A DNA stretch of 64,000 nt, from NCBI GenBank assembly GCA_050273025.1, contig CP158636.1, forward strand, positions 8,990,001-9,054,000, in the 5' to 3' direction. Source of the DNA: Cenococcum geophilum (Eukaryota). This document shows positions 1 through 10,827 of this stretch, piece after piece. How positions within the stretch are numbered: the first letter of the stretch is position 1; each line of letters begins with the position of its first letter. Both the position numbers and the translations under genes were made by a program. The notes beneath the pieces were generated by a model that saw only the letters and a list, made by a program, of their open reading frames with translations, did not search any database and was not told the DNA's origin.

Positions 1-261
1 AGGTCCTCCTAAGCCTCTAATACCGCTTATTACGGACCTTATATTAGCAGTAATAGAACTACTAAAAAGAGATATAAATAGGTTAGTTAGAATAGTATAA
101 GAGGTAGCTAAGTTATATAGTTAGTTACGTTATAAGTTTGGAATATAAAAACGTAGGATATACCAACATACTAACGTACTAACGTATTTAGTATATTTCT
201 TAGGCGTAGTATTATATATTTATAGGACTATAGTCCCTACTTAAATAGTTCTCTTTTTATA

Positions 262-733
262 CGTCAGGAAAAAATTTAGCAGCATTTTGCCAGCATTTTT
301 AGCATTTCGCAGCATTTCGTAGCATTTAAAACAGACCATACGCATTAAGCAGCATCTAGGCAGCTATATATATATATTATATATAAAAAATTTATTTTTA
401 GATAGATAATTAGATATAGTATATTATATAATAATTTTTTTTATAAATTACTTATAAATTACGTAAGTTATTCTACTTCTAAAAAAAAGTTTAAATTTTT
501 TTAAATTTTTTTTAAAAAGTAGAATAACTTACGTAATTTATAAGTAATTTATAAAAAAAATTATTATATAATATACTATATCTAATTATCTATCTAAAAA
601 TAAATTTTTTATATATAATATATATATATAGCTGCCTAGATGCTGCTTAATGCGTATGGTCTGTTTTAAATGCTATGAAATGCTGCGAAATGCTAAAAAT
701 GCTGGCAAAATGCTGCTAAATTTTTTCCTGACG
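262..733. mobile_element. Foldback/MITE-like element: near-perfect 472-bp palindrome with CGTCAGGAAAAAATTT termini
   Basis: Arms of ~217 bp (262-478 and 517-733) are almost exact reverse complements. TA is present on both flanks (260-261, 734-735). The termini match those of 46490-50586 and 51161-53241. Confidence 0.9.
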
Positions 734-2716
734 TAGTTAATCTATTAGGTAACCTACTCTACTAATTATATTTATATTATTAACTATTCTATACCTATAT
801 ACCTAGCCTACTAATAAGTTTACCATAATATTCTCTATAAGGCTTTGTTATATATTTACTACTATAACTATAGTAGGGAAAGTTAAATAATATATACTAT
901 TTAAAGCAGTAGCTATAACGCTATCTATAATAGCAACTACTTTAGGATTAGGAGGATATACTAGCATAAGGGATAATAACTTATAGATAGTTATAATAAA
1001 TTAGTTAAGAAGTGTTATAGAATAAAACAATACTAATAATTAGGTACTACTTTAGCAACTATAAAATATAAAGAGGGAAAAGATTAAGATACTATTAATT
1101 AAAAGGTTTATAGGAGAAAAATATAAGCTAAAAGGATTCCTTATATAAATAAGACTAAAACTCTAATAAAAGGGACAAAGTTAGTAAAACTAGAATATTA
1201 AGTTATATATATAGGGCTATTCTTAATAGGTAGAGTATCAGAGTAGTTTAGACCTTATCTTGCGGAGATATAGGCTAATATATTAGAAACTACTAACTTA
1301 GAGGTGTGGTATATATTCTTAAACTAGGAAGAATTTACTAGTAGATTAATATAGATATATAAAGATCTGGAATTAATAGTAATAGCTAAAGGAAAGCTAT
1401 ATTAGCTTACGTAAAGGGGATTAGTAATAAACTATATAATACAGTTTAAAATACTAATAGCGCAGACTAAGTAGAACTAAAGAGCGTTAATAGTATTGTA
1501 TAGAAAGGGACTAAAGGCTAAAGTTTAAGCTACTATAATACTAATTGACGATTTAAGTGATATAAGAGAGCTAATTAAATAAGCTATTAAAATAGATAAC
1601 TAGCTATACTAAAGCAGTAAGTTTAGTAGAATATAGTAGGGACTAATATATATAAAGAAGGCAATATAGTAAGTGTTTAAATTATAGTATAGCGTAGAGT
1701 TAATAGACCTAAGTAGTATTAAAGAAACTAAGAAAGATAGAAGACTATAGAAACCTAAAGGGTAAGAATTAAGTAATTAAAGACTTAAGAAGTAAAGGCT
1801 AAACTAAGGATCTTAATAGTAGAAGATATTTAAGCGGACTCTATAATAAGACTAGTGGTTTAAAGATAGAGTTTGTATAAACTATAGAATTTTTTTTTTA
1901 CTAAAGACTATAGAAGTATTTAGAGTAACTACGTAGTAAAGAAAACTAGACTAGTAAATAATATATATATATAGAGAGAAATAATAATATGCTACAAGGA
2001 ATAAAAGAATATTTAATTAAGAACTTTATGTTTTATTATAATAATATATATTAAGTTTATAAAGACACTAAGTATAGCGCAAGCTATTAGCTATAGGAGC
2101 TTAAGTTAGGAGAACTTTAAGGTATAAGAGAGTTAGATAAAGACTAAAATTAACTTTATAAACTAGATTAGGACTAAAACGGCATATTTAGCTAATAGTT
2201 AGTAGAGAAAGTTCTTGCGCACTAGTTCTATTAAAGAGCAATAAAATTAAAATAAATTAAAATAAATAGACTATTAGTAGCGGTAATAAGGTAATAAAAA
2301 TAGCTTACTAGAAGTATATAAACCTTAAGGACGTAATAATAGAGGTAGAGGTTAAATCTACTATAAAGGAAGAATTAGCAATAGGGACTAAAACTCCATT
2401 AGATATAATATTTATCGCTTCACGAAATATAAAAGAAGTAGGATAGTAAACTACTTTAGCACTTTATAAAGGCAAAAGGCTATAAGTTTAAGATTTTAAA
2501 GTAAGGATAAGAACCGCTTAAATTTTTTAAGATAAGATAAAAACTACTTAAAGATCTATAACGGATAAAAACTAATAGGAAAGGGTAGTAGCTTAGTTTA
2601 AAGGCAAATAAATATAGACGAGATGTAGATTCTTAGGGGACTAAGATTTTAATAAACAAACAAGAACGCCTATAGTAGGTAAATAAAGTTTTTAGCCTTA
2701 AAGTTAAATAATTAAT

Positions 2717-2843
2717 TGTCAGGTGACGAAGTCACCTCGCCTATATGTATTGTTCCGCACAGCCGTGTCTGACATCAAGCCAGTCACTCGTTTACCTTTT
2801 GTAGGTTTGTGTGGCTAAGTGGTGCGGAGCTTATCACCTCACA
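2717..2843. mobile_element. Short solo LTR (127 bp)
   Basis: TG...CA ends, perfect 5-bp TSD TTAAT (2712-2716 and 2844-2848), and much higher GC than the flanks. Confidence 0.8.
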
Positions 2844-5800
2844 TTAATACTAGAATTATAAAATTTAAGGATCTAATAGATCTAATAGCCAAACGCAAAC
2901 CAAGAAAAAACTAAAAAGGATTTAAGAATTAAATTAAAGCGTAGTAGGAATAAAGAGGTTGTTAAGGGCCTAAAATACTAGGATAACCTAAAAATAGAGT
3001 ACCTATATAAAAGATTACTAATAGGTTTAGACTAGGTACACTAAGAGCAAAATAGCTTAAAGAACTAAAAGAAGAAGAGAATTTAGAAATTCTAATTAGA
3101 TTTAAAAAACGATATACTAAAGGTTGTAATAATATAGTAACAACAAAATACTTTCTTATAAATAGATTTTATATACTTATAGAGCTATACTAAAAGTAAT
3201 ATAAGTAGGGATATAATAATAAATAGGAAGACTTCTATATATAGCTAGATAAAAGAATCATTTAAGATTGGGTAATTACTAAAGGACATATAAGTTACAT
3301 TAAAGGAGCATTAATTATAACGTCTAGAAATCTATAATAATAAAAAAGATTATAGAACTAAAGTAAAAGGTAAATCTTAGTACTAGTAAATATAAAACTA
3401 ATATATAGATTAATGAAATAGAGGTTTAAACTTAAAAAAGAAGATAAATTAAAAGTTAACTTAAGACACCTAGCGTATTATATATTATTATATATTATAT
3501 ATATAGATAACTAATATAAAATGTATAAGACGCCAAAGATTAAAAAAAAACTAGAAGTACCCTATAAGGATATATTAGGCGCTAAATAAGTAATAGTATA
3601 GAAATATTAAATATATATATGGTTAGCATCTAGTAGAAGTTTAGAAGTTAAATAACTTAATACTTTAACTAAAAAATTCCTTATAGAAGAATGCTTAGAT
3701 AGATAATAGTAGTAGGAATACCTAAAGAATATATATCTATAGCATATTAAAGAAAAAAAGCAAATAAAGTATTAGTTAAAAGTAAACTAAGTATAAATAG
3801 GATCTAGTAGCTAATAGTTAGGAAAAGGTGAGGCTTATAAAATTAGAAGGAGCTGGTAGTAAAGCCTTAGACCCTTAAAGGAATTTAAGAATAATGCCTA
3901 AATTTAAGAGTTAATTAGTAGGATTAACAGTTTAAAGTACTAATAGATAGTAGAGCAATAAGAAACTATATTTTATTAGTAGTAGTTAAATAAATAGGAC
4001 TACCTTATAGATAAAAGGAGTACTCTTACCTATTAGTTATAATGTTAGAAGATCTAATAGCTTATAGAGGAGGTACTATTAACCTTAAAATAGAACCTAT
4101 TTAGATAACTATTAATAAAAGACGTATTAAGATATCTTTTAATATTTTATTATTAAAGCGAGATAAGGTAGTATTAGGGATATTTTAGTTATAGGAGTAT
4201 AATCTAAAAATTAATTAGGTTATAAGTTAGGGTAATATTAGAGATACTTAATAATATAAGATATAATAATAGACTAAGTTAGTATAGTATTAAGTTAAAG
4301 CAATATTGTTCGTACTAACTTAATAGCACGAGTGAGTTAGATCCAGGGGCACGAAATACGTATAGTATTGTATACTCTTTTGGATAATAGTAACTGTCAA
4401 TTGTATAAAGCAGACTACATAGTCTATATACTGATGCACCTCCCCCCTAATTAGTTAGTGCTTTATAAGTGCACTAGACGCGTAAGCGAGTGGTTAGTGC
4501 ACTAAACGCGTAAACGCGTACCTAGTGTACCGAATGCGTAAGCACGTGGTTAGTACAATAGGTGCTGTAATTATACACTGGCAGTACTTGAAAAATAAAA
4601 CCACCTATATACAGCCTCCGTAATTGCTTTAATAAAACCATAAAACATAAAGGAAAATATATAGGAAATCTCCCCCAAGGTGCCGTCTAGGCTGCCTTCT
4701 AAACGGTGCCCTAAGCTGGCCGTACAATGAGCCGTACGGCCTTCTAACGGGCCGTAGGCGTACCGTAGGTACTCCGTTAGTCCCGTTCTACCCATTCTAT
4801 AACTTTTAGGTTAAGCTTATTCGTGTTAATTAGGGTCTTAAGGGCTTAACACGGCTTTGCCTTAGTTATGGCGTCTACTAAGTTGTTTCCGCCGCTAATC
4901 TATTTAACCTCTGTAATTTCACGTCGTTCGTAGGCCTAATGTAAGCACATTAGGTCGACTATAAGCCTCTTCTCTTATATCGTACCTAGTTTAACTAGGC
5001 AGTTGTAGAGGGACTTTAAATCGGTGTATAAAACTAGGGGTAACTACTCTAGTTATAGAATCTTCTAGACCGTTAATTTAATTGCGGCTGCTATATTAAA
5101 TCTATAAGCTAGTGTATATAGTTTAGAAGCTAGTACACTGCGGGTTACTTATTTACACTTAATTAAGGACTAGTGCAGTATATTTACGTCCTAATTACGG
5201 TCCGTAAGTATAATTATAAAGCCGATTTGTAATAATAGGTCTTTATTATTAACAAAGGAGGCGTCCGTAAATACTAATAAGCTAAGGGAATTTAGGTCTA
5301 GTGGTATAAAAGTAAGTCCCCTTACTGCATTGTCGATTTGCCACTAAATGCGCTTATTAAGCTACTTAATATTTTCTTCTTGCGGGTCTACTGCCTGGGC
5401 CGTAAAGGATAGGTTATAGGCAGATTTAGGTTAACAGACTGTGGCAATATAGGCGCCTCTTGCACGCTGTGCAGTATATTAGTCCTTTATATTTACGGTT
5501 TTACGGGTCTCTTTACGGGAACTAATAAGGTCCATAGGCTTTACTATAATAGGCTTTAGGTTTTAAGCTTGGCGTTCCTAAGTCAGCTTAATTAGGTTGC
5601 CCTTTTATATAATTAAGCCTCTATTAAACTTAATTAGGGTCTACTTAGTTAACTGCTCTCGCGGCTTTACTAAGAACTTTACCTTTTATAATTTAGTTTC
5701 TTTAGCGTCCGCAAAGGTCTAGTCTGCTAGGAAGAGGGTATTATCTATTTAGAGTCCAGTAATACCAAGGCCGTTTAATGGGCTATATAGGAGGCAGGGG

Positions 5801-8257
5801 TCGTAGATCAATTATTCCATTTTAAGTTTACTAATGTGGTGCTAGTAGTATATCTTAAACCAATGGTTTCCGGCTTCTAGTACTTCGTAAAGAGGTTTTA
5901 CAACCTATAAAATTGTTCCTAGTTATAGGTTAAGCTCATAGGGTGGTCGTATAAAGATATCCCTACTTAAGTAGGTATTAGACTGCATATAGGCTTATAA
6001 GATGTCCCGTAAGTAGAGGGCTACGGGCTTAGTTTGCTATAGTCTAGGCGTAAGTACAAGTATAATCCGTTGGCTAACTTGTTAAATTGTAGGCAATTAC
6101 GTAAGGACTAAGCCCTTTCCCTAGTTGTTATAAGCTTATATAACAAGCCTTAATTTCTTAAAGGCTTTATCAGTACTAGGGTGCTTAATCTTGTTAATAA
6201 AGCGTAAGTTAAATATACGGACGCCTTGCGGAATGTCTCTCTCCATTACAACCGCAAAGATACCCTTTTTAAGTAGTCCGTTAATCTCTTTATGTCGTAA
6301 GTCTATAAATAGGGTTTCCTGTACTAGAACTAATATATCCATAAGCGGAGATTGCCTTGCGGATATTTCTGTGGAGGTTAGGTAATTCTTTATTACGGGG
6401 TTCTTAGTTATAGGGTACTTTTGGGGGTATCCTTAACTACGCTTTATAGGTTTAATAGGTTTAGTAAGTTCCTAGGGGACTTCTAAGGTAGGTAGGGGTG
6501 CTTCTAGTTTATTTAGTTTGGCGGGTGCTTCTAGTTTGTCTGGTTTGACGGGTACTTCTAGTTTGTTTGGTTTAATGGGTGTTTCTAGTTTATCTAGCTT
6601 GACGTTATAGTTGTCTTTAGGCCGAAAGTAGGGTTTTACGGACGTGCTTCTAAAGCTAGTTAGCCTACTAGGGAGTTATACGCAGCACGTCTTGTTTTCT
6701 ACGGCTAGTAGGCAATAAGGTCTATTCTAATTACCGCTTTTACGCTATATAAGGACTTTAGAGTTAAGCGGGAGGTTATATACTGGGGTTGTATTAGGTC
6801 CGTTGTAGTAGTATAGGGCGTTATTAACAGTTTATTTAGCCTGTAGCTTAACTATCTTGGCCATTGCCTTCCGTATTGCGGCTGCTCGTTCTATAATAGA
6901 CGGGGCAGGAGGGCCTAGGTTGCTTATTCTTAGGTACTCTCCGTAAACTAAGAGGGTAGGTACTAGTCCGTTAGGGCCAGCGGTGTCGTTAATAGCTTTT
7001 ACGGCCATCTATAGAGCCAGTTCCTTTTAGATGTTCTTATATTCGTCCGTAATAATCTAGTAAGCTCTCTATAAAGCTAGGTAAGCTCGCTTAATAAGCC
7101 TAACGGACTAATACGCCTTAACTAGAATAGCTTTTATTAATATAGCTATAGCTATAGTATACTACTAGAATTCCTTACTAATAAAGTTCCTACTAGTGTT
7201 GTGGGTAATATACTTAGGGGGTCTAACGTGCGTATTAATCCAGTAGGTCCGTAAAATATCCTAAGTATATTTTATAGATATATTTTGCAACCAACGGGCG
7301 GCTTAATAGCGGGTTGCCTCGTCGATTATATATAATACTAGACTACCGTTAATGTATATAATATCCACGTATACTAAGTGGTTAAAGTTAAGGTCCTTAT
7401 AAAAGGTAAACTTAAATCGGCTTAGGGAACGTCCGTATTTCTAGCAGAAGGAGCAGTATTTAGTTAGGTAATCAACTACCTTCCTATTAACGTTGTTATG
7501 TCTAAAGCGTTTAAGGACTCTATATAGCTTTTCGGCTAACGGGTGGCCGAAACGGTAGTGTAGGCGGTGGATCTCCGTACTGGTAAGGTAGCACGGGTTA
7601 TAGTTAAAAGATTCCTAAATGTAGGTCCGTAAAGTCTCTCCCTATATAAGGAACGGGTGTCTAAATTGTTATATAACTGGTAGGGTAATATACTTGCTTC
7701 CTAGGGCAGTTACGGGGCCAATTAGGGTGTCCGTAACATTATTATAGTATACCTATAACCTATCCATATCTGTAAGATAGAGTAGGAAGGGGGTGTCCGC
7801 TTTTACTACGTGGAAGTTAATTAGGCCAATTAGAGTCTTAACTTTAACTAATCCAATTAATGCGGTTAAGCCAATGCCAAATTAAACGTTTATGGCCCCA
7901 GTTTACGTAATATTAATGTCTATATTATTATTTGTGGTGGTCCTATATACAAGGTATTGTCCGTAGCCTATGGTAGACTTCTTAGAGGCACCTGTATCGA
8001 TTATAACACTATAGAATTCTTTAGAGGTGTAGCGTTCTATAGTAATATATGCAAATAGGTCCTATTTATGGTCCGTAACGTCTATAACGGGTTTAGCAGG
8101 TATACTTGCAGATTGGTTTTTAGGTGCAATTAAGTGTATACAGTCATCACCGAAATATCGGTAACTCGCTTAGGACGCGAAAGAGCCGCATCGCACCCCA
8201 CCAAAATTTGTATGAGGGGCAATTCTTTTCATTTTAACCACCACAATTAAAGTTATT

Positions 8258-9273
8258 ATGGGCCGCCGCCTTCTGGATAAAGTTATTCACAGAATTAGGA
8301 TTCGTATTAAAGCTGGTAAGGCGGTACCAGCCATTGCGGAGGCTGTAAAGGTGGCCAAGAAGACGATTTATAAGATGCAATTAAACCTTAATATTTAGGG
8401 CGAACCGTACGCTCCTCCTACCGTTGTTCTTGGGCGACCGAGAGCTCTATTACCCTACTAAGAAATGGTAATATATAGCGTCATAGTGTTAAGCTTTTTG
8501 CTGACTGTTTAACTACGCAGAGGCTCCTCGACTTTCTTAAAGATCAGCCAACCGCATATATAGATAAGATGCAGGCCTTTCTATTTAACGAGTTTGACAC
8601 CTAAGTCTCTGCTATAACTGTCGCTCGTATTCTCGAGAGAGCTTATTAGTCACGGAAGGTAGTTATAGCTCGTGTAGCTCAAAGGAACGCCCCCCTCCGC
8701 AACGCCTGGATTGGTATATAGAAGAGCTAGGTGGCAGAGTAGCTTATATTTCTTAACAAGTCAGCAGCAAATAAAAGGACTGGTGATAGGAAGTACGGCT
8801 GGTCACTAGAAGGGACTATATGTGCTATATTACGCGTACTTAAGAGGTTAAAAAGGTGGAGTATTCTACTAGCGTTAGCAGTTAACGGATATCTCAGCTA
8901 CCTTATCTTTTAAGGTTCTATTACCTCTACGATATTTAAAGCCTTTATGGAGGAGCAGGTACTACCCTATTATATACTATATCTAGGGCCACAATTAGTC
9001 CTTATTTTTAATAACGCGTTAATTTACAAATTAACACGGCTTTAAGAGCTTTGTAAGCAACATGGCGTCCTACTAAAATTCCTACTACTATACTCGCCAG
9101 ATTATAATCCAATTAAGGCTACATTTAATAATATTAAGGCTTGGATTAGAAGGAACCAGCGGCTAGCTAAGGACTTTAAGAGCTTTAAGAGCTTCTTATA
9201 TTTTGCTGTTAGTTAAGTATATGGTATATACGTAGGAGCTCACTTCCAAGAAGCAGGATATATTATAGATTAA
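8258..9273 (+). pseudogene. DDE transposase (Tc1/IS630 type), RIP-inactivated, with one intron
   Basis: ATG at 8258 and an HTH-like N-terminus. GT-AG intron at 8468-8520 with a GCTGAC branch site. LIFLNKS, LIFNNALIY and YSPDYNPIK are RIP versions of the FLDES, DNA..H and YSPDxNPIE motifs. In-frame TAA/TAG stops. Confidence 0.9.
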
Positions 9274-9283
9274 TAGACAGATA

Positions 9284-10827
9284 CTATCTTAATCGCTTAA
9301 ACTTTAAGATTAGAGCCCTAATTCTATATAGCGTTCCAATCTTAAAGCTATAGGTCTCCCACTAATCTGACGTTATACCTTCACCTAGCTTATATAACTT
9401 TAGTAAGTTAATATTCTATTCTTCCTCTACTAACTTATCCTTAATTAACTCCAAAATAGCCCTCTGCCTCTCGCTATTAAACTCTAGCTAGTTAGCCAGC
9501 CACTTAAAGAACTGGCTAAGTAGCTTAACTGGATTTATTTCCAACTAAACGGGGCTTAAGTTTTAGGGTACTTTAACATTTAAATATAGCGGAGGATATT
9601 GTTAAGAAAGGTAAGGATTTTAACCTATAGATTTAAGCTCCTTTACAAGCATAACTAACGCAAGCTTCTTAAAATATGACGTAGTAGAATCTTCCTTCTC
9701 TACTACTGGCTCCTTCCGGCTCTTCCAACTCCTCTCCTTATAGTTAACCAAGTTAACAACAAGATGTTATAACGGCTGCTTAATAGTAGAGTCACCAGAG
9801 AGAAGCTCCTTATTCCACCGCTGGAAGTTTTCTATACTAATAGGATAATAGTTAATTGCAGTATTGGGTAAGTCGGGCAACTTCTTGTCCTACTAGCACG
9901 TCTTACCTTTATTACGGCAATATATATTTATATAAGGCCACCTATCTGCAATTGCCGGCATTCTATTACTAGAAGCATCTTTAGCTGTAAGTATATTAGG
10001 TAGATTGGTAAGTTAAGCTTATATAGCTGTCCTTCTGCCTATAGGCCTAATAACTACTTGCTGACTTGGAGTTACGGTAAAAGCCTAAGTCTCTAGCTCC
10101 TTCTCCTCAACTAAATATAAGGTGAAGTTTAAGGATAGAGACCTTAACGGCCAGCGCTTGTGCCACTCCTTAATCATAGCGAGAGCTTAATTTAGATCCT
10201 CACTTAACCGAATATCTTAAGGGCAGCAGTCGGCTTACCGGGCCTTCTTATAGAAGGCGATAGCTTAGAGCTAAGTAATCTTAAACTTCCGTAGTAATAG
10301 ACGTTGTATAACCTTGTCCTGCCATAGATCTAGCTCAAAGTAGTATATATTTTTAGTGTTAAATACAGCTAACTTTGTGCCAGGAAGAGACTTATTTTTA
10401 CTACTCGTAACTGCCTTCCAAACACTTATAAAGCGTGTAGCGGCGGCGGCGGCGAGTCTATATCCTTATCTTCCACCTCTACAGGCTCCTCGGTATTCTC
10501 ATCCTCGCCCTTATTAACCTCATCTGCAGATGTAGGCTCTGCGGGCGTTACCGGCGCCGACAGCGACGGCAACGGCGACGGTGACGGTGACGGCAATGGT
10601 GACGATAATGGTAACGGTAACGATAATGGTGACGGTAACGGTAACGGTAACGGTAATAGTACTGGTATTGTCTTCTGCCTCTTCTTCGCTATCTTTACCT
10701 TCCTCTTCGCCTTCTTCTTAGGCGGCTATAGGATAGCAGAAGCAGGCATAGATTGAGCCCGCTTTCATTCGGAAGGCTTTTAAGGACGACCCGACGATCA
10801 AGTAGGCTGCTGCTGTTAGGGCGCCAT
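9284..10827 (-). pseudogene. Second (accessory) ORF of the Tc1-like element, unknown function
   Basis: ATG at 10827; basic PPKKKAKRK patch; (PS/PL)n repeat ~10560-10660; acidic tract; Cys/His motif ~9845-9945. It ends 10 bp from the transposase stop, and its internal stops are C-to-T/G-to-A type. Confidence 0.7.

Noticed and set aside
6495..6605. 27-bp tandem repeat (and 15-bp repeats at ~12060-12170)
   Set aside because: They are ordinary codon-multiple expansions in Copia linker regions.
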